A DNA stretch of 64,000 nucleotides from a virus (IMGVR_UViG_3300022745_000032:3788-67787); one strand, 5' to 3'. Positions 48,431 to 57,876 are shown, counted from the first letter of the stretch. Numbers and translations are program-made. The notes: generated from the letters alone by a model not told the origin.

Positions 48431-49090
48431 ATGACCAGAAAGATCTACGTCGCGGGCAGCATGGACAGCGTGGCCAACTGGATGGAGGGGGAGGTTGTCC
48501 GAAAGCTAAACGAGGCTGACGTCGTGGTGTTCCCGGGAGGGGCCGACGTCGATCCCAAGCTCTACGACCGAACCTCCAACCCCAACACCAACTCCAGCCC
48601 GACCCGAGACACCTTTGAATTGGGCATCTTCAATGAGGCCATCCAGCTGAAGAAGCACATCGTCGGTATCTGCAGGGGAGCCCAGCTCTGCTGCGTCAAG
48701 GCGGGTGGAATCTTGGTCCAGCATCAGGCCAACTACAGCCCCTCCCACAAGATCAATACCATCGACAAGACGAGCATCATCACGACCTCCGACCACCACC
48801 AAGCCCAATACCCCTGGCTTCTCCCCAAGGACAAGTTCAGGGTGCTGGCCTGGACCCAAGACTACTCACCCTTCCATGAGGACGGTGATGGCAGCGAGAT
48901 GGTTGTGGGGGTTAAGGAGGTTCCAGACGGCAAGGAAGTCGAGGTCTGCTACTACCCCGAGATCAAGGCGCTGGCCATCCAAGCCCACCCCGAATGGGAG
49001 TACTTCAAGCGGAACTCCGACGCCGCTGCCGGTGCCTCGATTGAGTGGTATCGCAGCAAGCTCAACCGCCTGATCTACAACACGATCTAA
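48431..49090 (+). CDS. Class I glutamine amidotransferase / peptidase C26 (PuuD-like)
   Basis: FPGGADVDP..Y, GICRGAQ, HHQA, QAHPE triad. Confidence 0.9.
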   Translation: MTRKIYVAGSMDSVANWMEGEVVRKLNEADVVVFPGGADVDPKLYDRTSNPNTNSSPTRDTFELGIFNEAIQLKKHIVGICRGAQLCCVKAGGILVQHQANYSPSHKINTIDKTSIITTSDHHQAQYPWLLPKDKFRVLAWTQDYSPFHEDGDGSEMVVGVKEVPDGKEVEVCYYPEIKALAIQAHPEWEYFKRNSDAAAGASIEWYRSKLNRLIYNTI

Positions 49091-49104
49091 CCGGAGTGAT
49101 CAGC

Positions 49105-49425
49105 ATGAGACAGCTAGTTATTACCCTGCCAACTAATTGGTCCAGGACGCTTTGTGGGGTTGCGCCAGCAGGATACGTATATGAGTTCGTCTCCGACACG
49201 CTTGCTACCGCCTGGTCATCCAACCGATACTACTCAATCGATGGGATTTTCATTGGGACTACGCCACCACACCTGACCAACATCCCGGTCATCGACGCCA
49301 TTCAAGACTTTAAGGTCGGCTGTAACCACATCGTCGCCTACAAGTTAGTTAAGACGGGATCAGCGGCCCAAGCCAAGCAAACTTCCATTTCCAAGATAGC
49401 ATCCATCCCATGCCCACTACCATAA
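49105..49425 (+). CDS. PxPLP-tail protein 1
   Basis: GGAG upstream of the ATG; ends ISKIASIPCPLP*. Confidence 0.6.
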   Translation: MRQLVITLPTNWSRTLCGVAPAGYVYEFVSDTLATAWSSNRYYSIDGIFIGTTPPHLTNIPVIDAIQDFKVGCNHIVAYKLVKTGSAAQAKQTSISKIASIPCPLP

Positions 49426-49607
49426 AAGAACTCAGGAAGAAGCTAAGGCAGCGAGAAGCCGAACTCGTTCGGGTCAAGTTCGAGGCCCGGGAGATGAGAT
49501 CCATCCTGCTTCGCATCCACTCGGCCAGAATCGGCATGAGTGAGTCTGGTGTCATCCAGGGACTTAATGACATCGACTCATTCTTCAGGGAGCCCCATGT
49601 CAACTGA
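49410..49607 (+). CDS. Small coiled-coil protein
   Basis: Fits the operon. Confidence 0.45.
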   Translation: MPTTIKELRKKLRQREAELVRVKFEAREMRSILLRIHSARIGMSESGVIQGLNDIDSFFREPHVN

Positions 49608-49791
49608 TCGTCTCTTGGCTGAGGTTAATAGGGTTGGCAGGAAAGGGTCTGCGGCAATCCTTGGATGCAGCGAAGAGTACGTGGAGTCCTGGTTTCCGAG
49701 GATAAACTTCCGGAGCGGCAGGATTGAGTCCGGGCTTGAGCCTTCAGCCGGATTCACGGCTGCAGCATTGGCGGAATTAAGCCGCCACTAA
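49597..49791 (+). CDS. Small HTH-like protein
   Basis: GRKGSAAILGCSEEYVESW. Confidence 0.4.
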   Translation: MSTDRLLAEVNRVGRKGSAAILGCSEEYVESWFPRINFRSGRIESGLEPSAGFTAAALAELSRH

Positions 49792-49868
49792 CATCTTCCA
49801 TCCACGGTGCCCGATACGTGGATGGTCTTCAACATCGGGTGCGTTAACGCAATAAGAGAAAGACAGAT

Positions 49869-50282
49869 ATGAACAAGTACTACCTCCAGAATGGCTCCGG
49901 CCTTTACTTCGTTGCTGGTCGCGGTTTCTCCGCTTCCAACAAGGGTGATGCGTCGCAGCTGACTGCCGCCGAGATCCATAGCCTCCGGGCCTTGGGCTTC
50001 TACGGCACGTCCGTCGATGCCACGCGGAACTTCACGGTGAACTACGTTCGCCCGCAGGACCGCACGACCTATGGTGGCCGCGCCGCCGTCTCCAGCAATG
50101 CGAACAATCCTTCGTCGAAGGTGTTCGCGTCGATTGGCGAGGCCGTCAACCACGCCAGCCGCAACCTTGAGTCCAACGGCCACGTTGGCTTCTGGGTGAC
50201 CGAGACCTCCAAGGCCGTCACGCACTACGTGTCGGTTAAGGAGGACCCGCGCGGTCTGACCTGCCCGATCGAGAACAAGTAA
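49869..50282 (+). CDS. Hypothetical, probably highly expressed protein
   Basis: Strong codon bias; followed by a stable hairpin. Confidence 0.6.
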   Translation: MNKYYLQNGSGLYFVAGRGFSASNKGDASQLTAAEIHSLRALGFYGTSVDATRNFTVNYVRPQDRTTYGGRAAVSSNANNPSSKVFASIGEAVNHASRNLESNGHVGFWVTETSKAVTHYVSVKEDPRGLTCPIENK

Positions 50283-50299
50283 TCGTCGGTGGCAGTAAT

Positions 50300-50325
50300 A
50301 GCCCCGGGGCTTCGGCCCCGGGGCT
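50300..50325 (+). terminator. Perfect C(UUCG)G hairpin (terminator or stabiliser)
   Basis: AGCCCCGGGGC-TTCG-GCCCCGGGGCT; weak U tract. Confidence 0.6.
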
Positions 50326-50358
50326 CATCCCTTTCAATCATCAACCAAGTCCAATATC

Positions 50359-52374
50359 ATGGCGTCAATCAAGAAGGAAGAGGAGGAGTCGAGGAGCTTT
50401 TATTCCATCGACGGGTTCCTTCCGCTCGCCGGTAGCGTGCCAAGCATTCCCGGTGACATGCTGGCCAACATCAAGGGTGGATGCACACCCGACACCGTCA
50501 AAGCCGATGATTCCTACGTTGGTAAGTCGATCTCCAAGATCACGGGCGATCGCAATTACCGATTCTACCGCAGGACTGAACTCATCAAACCCGGGCAAAT
50601 CTGCCCCACCTACATGTCATCCATGATTAAACTTGATGGACGCAAGACTGGGCGTCCGCGTCCGACCGCATGCAGCGAGAACGCCAGTGCGCTGCCCGAT
50701 AATGTCGATCCCAAGACGACCGTCTCCATCTACCGCTTTACCTATCCTGATTCCGTCAGGGCTGATTGGCAGGGGTATGCCGGTTTCGGCTGGCTCCATG
50801 TCAGCGAGAGGATGTACTTCACCAACGATTTCTTCTTCTGCCAGATCGACGGAACCTTGGCCAGTCGCTCGTTTGGAGTCATAGCCTACACCGGAGCCAT
50901 GATCAACAACCGCCATATTAAACTTGGCGAGTGGTTCGTCTGCGATTACGACGGCAAGGCCTATCCCAAGAGCAGGCTTGTGGTTGTCAAGGGTCTTGAG
51001 GGCGATGTCAACATGAGCGATGCCTGCGCCACTGAGCGCTCGTTCATCTGCGACTACGACAAGGCACGCTGGGAGCGCTCTTGCAGGGTGCATATCTCGT
51101 CCTCATCCAAGTACAAGGTTGTCTCGCGCAAGTATGTCAGTGGCGAGGGGGATCCCTTCATTCTTTGCCCAGAGTGCTCCAAGGCATTTGAGACCTCGGC
51201 CAATGCGGTCCTGCCAAGGGATGACATGGGCGTTGTCGCCTGCACTGGCTGTTACGAGACATTCATGGCAAGGGATGTCATCAAGGCCCATAACTTCACG
51301 GGCTATCCCAAGCCCATCTTCCACGCCATCCGCCAGCCCCTCATCACAGAAGAGGCCGCAGCCAAGGCCGAGGAGTTCATGAGCAACATGGGCCATCCCA
51401 TGGCCGCTGAAGGCTACCTAAGGTCCCTCAAGAAGTCCCGGTATCTTTACGGCATTGAGTGCGAAACCGAGTTCACGGGTCGTGAGGATGGCCTCAGGGC
51501 CAAGCTGGCCCTTCAGGCCTGGAAGGCCTTGGGTCAGGACTTCTGCATCATCAAGCATGATGGCAGCCTTTCGGGCAAGCGTGATCCAGAGCCGGGTGAG
51601 AAGGTGCGTCGTGGTGGCGACTTTGGCTTTGAGATCGTCTCCGCTCCATGTGACATCGAGACTCACCGTGAGCGCTGGCGCAGGCTCGAATCCATGCCCG
51701 ATTACAAGCAGCTCAGGGCATGGGATGTGGGCACCTGCGGCCTGCATATCCACGTCAGCCGAGCCCCGATGACGTCCCTCCAGATCTGCCGGTTGTCCTA
51801 CATGATCAACCATCCCAAGCTCAAGGGCTTCATTGAGATGGTGGCGGGTCGGGCGGCTGCTAGGTACAACAAGTTCGTACCCAAGCGCCTGCCTGATGGC
51901 ACCAAGCCCAACATCGACAAGGACAAGTACACCGCCATCAACCTCAAGCATTCGGCCTCCATTGAGTTCCGCATCTTCCGTGGCACCGTCAACTGGCGTC
52001 ATATCATCCGCAACCTTGAGTTTGTTGCCGCCTGCGTGGCTTACTGCCATCCTGCCGACCGATCCCTCAAGGATCTTGAGTCCCATGAGAAGTTCGTGAC
52101 CTTCATCTCCGAGCATCGCAAGGAATGGCCCGAGCTGAATCGCTGGCTTGATCTGCAGGAGGAGTTCAAGCGCATGATCAAGCCTGCCAACAAGGGTGCC
52201 TTTGGCCCCAAGGACAACCGCACCAAGGCTGGCGAGAAGCCCATTGTCCTTGAGGAGGTCCACGATCCCGACCGAGTTCCCGCCAAGCCCAAGCCTAAAC
52301 CCGCCAAGCTTGAGCCTGCAACCCTGGCTCCGTCGGGATTCGATTTCGAGGAACTCATCGACGACAACGCTTAA
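50359..52374 (+). CDS. Putative amidoligase (COOH.NH2 ligase) with N-terminal Cys-rich repeats
   Basis: YGIECE, KHDGSL, GFEIVS, TCGLHIHVS, KYTAINL, IEFRIF; CDYD twice, CPEC, CTGC. Confidence 0.88.
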   Translation: MASIKKEEEESRSFYSIDGFLPLAGSVPSIPGDMLANIKGGCTPDTVKADDSYVGKSISKITGDRNYRFYRRTELIKPGQICPTYMSSMIKLDGRKTGRPRPTACSENASALPDNVDPKTTVSIYRFTYPDSVRADWQGYAGFGWLHVSERMYFTNDFFFCQIDGTLASRSFGVIAYTGAMINNRHIKLGEWFVCDYDGKAYPKSRLVVVKGLEGDVNMSDACATERSFICDYDKARWERSCRVHISSSSKYKVVSRKYVSGEGDPFILCPECSKAFETSANAVLPRDDMGVVACTGCYETFMARDVIKAHNFTGYPKPIFHAIRQPLITEEAAAKAEEFMSNMGHPMAAEGYLRSLKKSRYLYGIECETEFTGREDGLRAKLALQAWKALGQDFCIIKHDGSLSGKRDPEPGEKVRRGGDFGFEIVSAPCDIETHRERWRRLESMPDYKQLRAWDVGTCGLHIHVSRAPMTSLQICRLSYMINHPKLKGFIEMVAGRAAARYNKFVPKRLPDGTKPNIDKDKYTAINLKHSASIEFRIFRGTVNWRHIIRNLEFVAACVAYCHPADRSLKDLESHEKFVTFISEHRKEWPELNRWLDLQEEFKRMIKPANKGAFGPKDNRTKAGEKPIVLEEVHDPDRVPAKPKPKPAKLEPATLAPSGFDFEELIDDNA

Positions 52375-52399
52375 ACCACAACCCAACCATATCCAGATC

Positions 52400-53575
52400 A
52401 TGTGCATCATCATATCGAAGCCCGCTGAAAAGAAACTGCCCAAGTCCATCTACGAGGAGTGCTTCCGCTCCAACAAGGATGGGGCGGGCATCGCCTACAT
52501 CGAAGATGGCAACATCGTGCTCAAGAAGGGCTTCTTCAACTTTGAGGAGTTCTACAAGGCCATCGCCGAGAAGGAGGATCATGGCATGCTGATCCACTGC
52601 CGCATCGCCACCCATGGTGTGGTCGGCAAGGATAACTGCCACCCGTTTACCTTCACCTCGTCGGACAAGAAGTACCAGTGGGTCATGGCCCATAACGGCA
52701 CACTTGACTGGCGCTCCACCAAGGAGATGTCGGACACCGCCTGCTTTGCCGAGGATCTGCTCTGGCCCATGGTTGACCATGTTCCGGATGTCTTCGACAA
52801 GCCGTTCGGTGACGAGATCATGGACAAGATGCTCGGAGCCAGAAACAAGATGGTCGTGGTGCGCTACGAGCTGGCTAAGAATGAGTACACCACCTACATC
52901 TTCAATGAGACCGCAGGCAACCGCCATAATGGCTGCTGGTTCTCCAACATGAGTTGGAAGCCCTACCGCGCCTCCACCACTGGTTACGGCTATGGCTACG
53001 GCAGCAATGTCCAATATGGGATGGGCGGGGCCTACGACGATGGCGACTTCTACGGTCACAAGGACGAGGACAACAGCATCTCCGTTTATGGCTGGCGGAA
53101 GAACAAGCACGGCATCTGGATCAACGACAAGGACAAGAAGGCCCAGTTCGATGGCCAGTTCCACGACATCAGCAAGGTAACCAATATCGACAATGCCGAC
53201 GAGCTGGACATCCTCAAGGCCAATGGGGATGATGCCAATGACTCGCCCTCCAACGAGCCCAAGGACAAGAGCAGCAAGCCCAAGCTTGAGCCCATGTCCA
53301 GCGATCGCAAGAGCCTCATCCGTCGGGGTTTCATCCATGTTCGCACGACTGGCCAGCTATCACGGGATCTCAAGTCCGAGGACAGAGTTGCAATCATGCG
53401 GAAGGATTTCCGGGAGCACTTTCCTGAGAAGTTTGCCAACGCCTCTGGGATTGAGGCGTGCGATACCATCATCCTTGGGATGAGCGAAGACACCTTCACC
53501 TCATCCTGCCTGCGTATTGCCGACAATCGCAAGGCTGCCAAGCGCGAGGAGGAGCGTGCAGCCTCAGCCACCTGA
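52400..53575 (+). CDS. Class II (Ntn) glutamine amidotransferase
   Basis: MCII, NKDGAG, HCRIATHG, NCHPF, HNG, SDT. Confidence 0.9.
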   Translation: MCIIISKPAEKKLPKSIYEECFRSNKDGAGIAYIEDGNIVLKKGFFNFEEFYKAIAEKEDHGMLIHCRIATHGVVGKDNCHPFTFTSSDKKYQWVMAHNGTLDWRSTKEMSDTACFAEDLLWPMVDHVPDVFDKPFGDEIMDKMLGARNKMVVVRYELAKNEYTTYIFNETAGNRHNGCWFSNMSWKPYRASTTGYGYGYGSNVQYGMGGAYDDGDFYGHKDEDNSISVYGWRKNKHGIWINDKDKKAQFDGQFHDISKVTNIDNADELDILKANGDDANDSPSNEPKDKSSKPKLEPMSSDRKSLIRRGFIHVRTTGQLSRDLKSEDRVAIMRKDFREHFPEKFANASGIEACDTIILGMSEDTFTSSCLRIADNRKAAKREEERAASAT

Positions 53576-53587
53576 TGAGCGGACGGG

Positions 53588-54166
53588 ATGGTGGGTCACA
53601 ACATGTCACAAATCAAGACGGACGGCGGTACTGTTGTTAGGTTCAGCGCCATAGAGGCCAACACGTACTACCACAGGCACCTTCTCAGCCTGAAATCATG
53701 GGGCGAACTCAAGGACGATCAAGCAGTCACGCTTGGGGACATCATCACGCGGATCAGGGTAGACACCGTCCTGTGGGCTGAGTGGATTTGCTTCAGGCAA
53801 AGGTACGGGGATGCATTCATGAAGCCCGATGATCCACTGGCACTGAGCAAGGCAGACACCCGCCAAGCAATGGCATTCAGGGTTCCGAGTCCGAACTACG
53901 TGTGCACTGGCAAGGATATACGAGAGATGTCCGGGGTTGGAAAGCGGGTGAAGCTGTTCAGATACACTCCGATCATGTGCACCTTCAATCAGTTCAATTC
54001 GTGGCTGATTGGGATCATGATCGACCCAAAGCTGATGCGCAAGCCGACGCTGTCCATGCTGAAGTCAAAGCTCAACCCCGCGTTTGTCGATCTCTCGTCA
54101 ATACCGGACCCAAGTCCCGAATTCACTGTAAGTCCGATTGCTTCGCTACCCGTTCCACTTCCATGA
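53588..54166 (+). CDS. PxPLP-tail protein 2
   Basis: Ends VSPIASLPVPLP*. Confidence 0.65.
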   Translation: MVGHNMSQIKTDGGTVVRFSAIEANTYYHRHLLSLKSWGELKDDQAVTLGDIITRIRVDTVLWAEWICFRQRYGDAFMKPDDPLALSKADTRQAMAFRVPSPNYVCTGKDIREMSGVGKRVKLFRYTPIMCTFNQFNSWLIGIMIDPKLMRKPTLSMLKSKLNPAFVDLSSIPDPSPEFTVSPIASLPVPLP

Positions 54167-54723
54167 TCCCAATCGTCCTCATCGACCCAAAGTCCATCAT
54201 TAGGCACGGGGATTTAGTCTTCAGTGCAGACCTCACGGCTGAACAGCTGCTTTTGGCCATAAGGCCAGGTTCCATCCTGATGCATGATCAAACGAACGTA
54301 CTGCACGGATTTGGAAACAAATTCATCTGCGTGGCATTGGGGTGGAGCAAATCTAGACTAGAGTCCATCGACCATGGCCCAGCCGCCATCATCAGGTATG
54401 GTTCGTTTATTAGGAACGATGGAACCGCTGAACCTGAAGCCTTCAAGAGCCTTGGATTACTGATTCGGGTGATTACTGATGGAAATCCATCGAACCTGAA
54501 GGTACCAGTTGTTGAAGTGATGAAGAACTACATCGAACGACCCATTCAACGAGATCAAGTTGCTGGGACTCTCTCCATCAATGAGATTGAGTCCATTATC
54601 TCAAAAAGTATTTGCAGGAGAGTTAAGGATTTGCCGAACTACTACCATGCGCACACATCCCAATACGCGGTAATGAGCGCGGCGATCTCCCCAATAGCCT
54701 CCCTGCCATCCCCACTGCCATGA
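54163..54723 (+). CDS. PxPLP-tail protein 3
   Basis: ATGA-coupled; IIRHGDLV; ends ISPIASLPSPLP*. Confidence 0.65.
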   Translation: MIPIVLIDPKSIIRHGDLVFSADLTAEQLLLAIRPGSILMHDQTNVLHGFGNKFICVALGWSKSRLESIDHGPAAIIRYGSFIRNDGTAEPEAFKSLGLLIRVITDGNPSNLKVPVVEVMKNYIERPIQRDQVAGTLSINEIESIISKSICRRVKDLPNYYHAHTSQYAVMSAAISPIASLPSPLP

Positions 54724-55163
54724 GCACCGTCCATAACATTTTGGTAACCAGAGAGCCCAATTTCATGATTCGTTCCGGTGATGTCATCGTCCCGGAGGGC
54801 ATGATAGTACTTCATCTAATGTTGTTTTGCGATCTTAATCCCAGTGGGCGATGGCACTCAGACAACCGATGCGGTAAACCAATTCCATTTATCGTCAACA
54901 ACTGGACCGAGAAATCGCTTGGATGGGTCGAGGAGCGGCTGCTCCTCAGCTGCGTCCTTATCAGAGGGGTTGCGATGAAAGACCCAATGTCTTTGGTTTC
55001 AGATCGATTCATCGTTAATTGCGGGCTATTCAAGAAGCTGCCAGGGGACCTTGACCCCAATAAGTCAATGAGCGCGTATTGGGCGAGTTTTTCGATTTGT
55101 GGTGACGATAGGCCCTCCAGATCCATCTCCTCCACTGCCTCCATTCCCGCTCCACTACCATGA
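54720..55163 (+). CDS. PxPLP-tail protein 4
   Basis: ATGA-coupled; MIRSGDVI; ends ISSTASIPAPLP*. Confidence 0.65.
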   Translation: MSTVHNILVTREPNFMIRSGDVIVPEGMIVLHLMLFCDLNPSGRWHSDNRCGKPIPFIVNNWTEKSLGWVEERLLLSCVLIRGVAMKDPMSLVSDRFIVNCGLFKKLPGDLDPNKSMSAYWASFSICGDDRPSRSISSTASIPAPLP

Positions 55164-55621
55164 GCCTGCAAGACGTTGAGATTGTTCACCCTACCAAACT
55201 GGTTACAAGCGGAGATCTGATCATCGACAGATTCCTCAAGGCCTCCAATTTCAGGAGAATTGTCCAGTTGGCAGGAAAATCGACCTCCAGGCTGGCATCG
55301 TTCCATCTCAACATCGATCCCCAGTACTTCATGGATGTGATCAGGTTCAATGCCGACGATTACGGGCTGACGGCTTCGACCGTGTCCCACCACAAGAGCC
55401 AATACGGCAGGCCCTACTGCAGCACCATTACCCCGATAGCCATTGGTGGCATTGGCATGGATGGCTGGATTCAGTGGGGTGTACTTGAGCAGCTGTGCGA
55501 TCTGCTCGATCTGTATCGCATGTACCCAGATGCGCTTGCGCTGGATGTCATTGCCAACCCGAAGAAACATCCGAGGGTCCGCATCTCAGAGATTGCCTCC
55601 ATCCCCGTACCACTTCCATGA
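55160..55621 (+). CDS. PxPLP-tail protein 5
   Basis: ATGA-coupled; LVTSGDLI; ends ISEIASIPVPLP*. Confidence 0.65.
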   Translation: MSLQDVEIVHPTKLVTSGDLIIDRFLKASNFRRIVQLAGKSTSRLASFHLNIDPQYFMDVIRFNADDYGLTASTVSHHKSQYGRPYCSTITPIAIGGIGMDGWIQWGVLEQLCDLLDLYRMYPDALALDVIANPKKHPRVRISEIASIPVPLP

Positions 55622-55818
55622 AATCAACCACCAAATACCCGGATGCAAACGATCCGGGACCTTCCGACATTCAGCTTGCCTCTATGAGGCAGCTTGATGT
55701 TGGCACCAAAATCCGTCGCGGAGATTGGATTGATGACATTTCAGAGTGGGCGGATGGATCAGACACCCATGCCAGAGTGGGTCGTGAGTTCCTGGTTGTC
55801 TGGCGGAAAAAGCAATGA
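55618..55818 (+). CDS. Small protein with IRRGDWI motif but no tail
   Basis: ATGA-coupled. Confidence 0.5.
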   Translation: MKSTTKYPDANDPGPSDIQLASMRQLDVGTKIRRGDWIDDISEWADGSDTHARVGREFLVVWRKKQ

Positions 55819-56102
55819 GTTCACACGATCAAGGGATTAGCAAGGAGCAGCTTATGAAACTTGTGAAGGCTGGAATGGTCAAGCTGGCTGCCAAACAGAC
55901 TGAGTTGACGCTGGATGATAACACCCCAACCGATGAGGAGATCCTTCGGTGGCTCTTTGAGAAGTCAGAGTGGAAGGAGATCATGCCCGAGATCGACGAT
56001 GGCGAGGACATTGAGCAGATCATTCAAGAAACCAAGGACTGGTATGGGAATTTGCTCACTCGTGAGTTTCTGGGCTTGACCGACTCCGATAACCCGTCCT
56101 GA
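55815..56102 (+). CDS. Acidic hypothetical protein
   Basis: ATGA-coupled. Confidence 0.5.
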   Translation: MSSHDQGISKEQLMKLVKAGMVKLAAKQTELTLDDNTPTDEEILRWLFEKSEWKEIMPEIDDGEDIEQIIQETKDWYGNLLTREFLGLTDSDNPS

Positions 56103-56121
56103 ATCTTGTCCTTTCTAAATT

Positions 56122-56520
56122 ATGGACAAAGAAACTGCTGATCTGAACCGAAAGCGGGTTGTTGGCGAGGGTGCGGCGGATGGCATCTATGCTGCCGCCA
56201 TCCTCCTGTGCTCCCATGAGAAGATCGACACCACCCCATCCAAGACCTTCACCAACCCCATTGACAGTCTGGTGGATCAGCTGACGTGGGAGTATGGGAA
56301 GGCTCATCCAGGAACCCTTCAGATCCCGATCAAGGAGAAGGTTGACGCCATCTGCAATGAGCATATTCCCGCCATTGACCTCCTGATTGCCTCCAATGAC
56401 CATGTTGAGGCCAAGAAGCTGGTTCGCTGGCTGGTGTGCGGTCAGGTCCTTGACCTCCTCCATCCCGAGAAGGACAAGATCAGGGCCTTCATCGATGGCC
56501 TACGTCAGGAGGCCGCTTGA
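56122..56520 (+). CDS. Hypothetical protein
   Basis: Phage-like codon bias. Confidence 0.55.
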   Translation: MDKETADLNRKRVVGEGAADGIYAAAILLCSHEKIDTTPSKTFTNPIDSLVDQLTWEYGKAHPGTLQIPIKEKVDAICNEHIPAIDLLIASNDHVEAKKLVRWLVCGQVLDLLHPEKDKIRAFIDGLRQEAA

Positions 56521-56708
56521 GCTTGGTCTGTTTCATTTTCCGTCCTTGCGTTGCAATGCTGCGCATTAACTTGGCAGATGCGATGCAGCCTCAGGGGTGA
56601 TGGGCTGGACGGCGGACGCCAACGATGGAAGCTCCATCGCTCCGTCGTCCCATGTGGTAGCGTGTTGACCGAGCGCGATTTAATCACCCTATCGGTCCCT
56701 ATTTTTCC

Positions 56709-57401
56709 ATGATAACCATCAGTCAAATCCTGACCCTCCCCGATCAATGCCCGGTGGATGCGGTCCAAATGAAGATCACGGGGGTATTCCCCCGCAAGAC
56801 CAACATCGGCCAGTACAAGACCTCGGTGCAAAATGCAGAGGGTCAAGACATTGCAGGCAACAAGGTTCGTCTGTGCGTCTGGGGCCATGCCGACATCGAG
56901 CCCTACAAGGGCAAGGACATCGTGCTTTCCTCCGGCCCCAAGGGTGGGGTTAAGGTCAAGCATGGCAAGTACACCAACAAGAACGGTGAGGAGGTAAAGA
57001 CGGTTGAGCTGGAGGTCTCCAAGTCTGGGCAGTTCCAGTACGTGGAGGTCCATAAGGCGCAATCTGAGGCCTCTGGCGGGGTTTCGGCTCCGACCCCTGG
57101 TCCTACCCCTCAGAAGGCCCCAGAGGCCCGTAATGGCCAAATTAACCCCATCCACGGGGCAACGGTGGGCATGGCCATCAACCAAGCCTGCTCCTACGTG
57201 ATTGCCAGTGGGGGGGGCCTTGACCCCAAGGCCATCCATATGATCGCTTCGGACATTGTCCGGGTGGCTTTGGTGATGGAGAAGGGGGATCTTTACGAGC
57301 GTGAGAAGCCCGCCAACAAGACCACCACCATTCTGAAGGACTCGACGGTTCTGCCCGAGGCCCTGCAGGATCAGCTGGGTGAGCAGGAAGAGCCGTTCTA
57401 A
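56709..57401 (+). CDS. Single-stranded DNA-binding protein (OB fold)
   Basis: OB-like D..GNKVRLCVWG segment; acidic tail EQEEPF. Confidence 0.7.
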   Translation: MITISQILTLPDQCPVDAVQMKITGVFPRKTNIGQYKTSVQNAEGQDIAGNKVRLCVWGHADIEPYKGKDIVLSSGPKGGVKVKHGKYTNKNGEEVKTVELEVSKSGQFQYVEVHKAQSEASGGVSAPTPGPTPQKAPEARNGQINPIHGATVGMAINQACSYVIASGGGLDPKAIHMIASDIVRVALVMEKGDLYEREKPANKTTTILKDSTVLPEALQDQLGEQEEPF

Positions 57402-57649
57402 TGCCCAACCCCCACGTCTTTGAGGTGGTCAAGGGGAAGGATCTAATCCCCGTCCACCGGGTTCGCAGGCCATACAACAAGGGCAAGAACCTCGACATTC
57501 TCCTGAAGATGGAGCCGGGGGATTCCATCTGGGAAGTTCCTTACCGCAAGGTCAGGTCTCTGCGTTTCTCCGCCTTACGCAGGGGCATGAAGATAAAAGC
57601 AAGGCGGATTCCAACCAGTGAAAGGTACGCGGTCTTCCGCGTTTCATAA
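57401..57649 (+). CDS. Small basic DNA-binding protein
   Basis: KMEPGDSI...VFRVS; resembles the next gene. Confidence 0.6.
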   Translation: MPNPHVFEVVKGKDLIPVHRVRRPYNKGKNLDILLKMEPGDSIWEVPYRKVRSLRFSALRRGMKIKARRIPTSERYAVFRVS

Positions 57650-57876
57650 TGAGTAACTACACCGTGGTTAGTTCCGTCAAGATGCCCGAGTATCGGAACG
57701 CGGGTCGTCCTAACAAGTATCCGTTCAAGGAGATGGAGAAGGGTCAGTCCTTCGTCGTTTCCCTGAAGGAGTACTTCTCGGCCCGTTCCGCCGCCTACAC
57801 GTTCGGATTCCGTCATAGGAAGAAGTTTTCCGCAAGGAAAATTGGAGACCATGCCAGGATCTGGCGGACTGCCTAA
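57649..57876 (+). CDS. Small basic DNA-binding protein
   Basis: GRPNKYPFKEMEKGQSFVV...RIWRTA. Confidence 0.65.
   Translation: MSNYTVVSSVKMPEYRNAGRPNKYPFKEMEKGQSFVVSLKEYFSARSAAYTFGFRHRKKFSARKIGDHARIWRTA

Noticed and set aside
53588-55621. Integron cassettes, CRISPR-like repeats or a DGR as explanation of the repeated tail
   Set aside because: No integrase or reverse transcriptase, no attC palindromes, and the variation is synonymous rather than adenine-specific.
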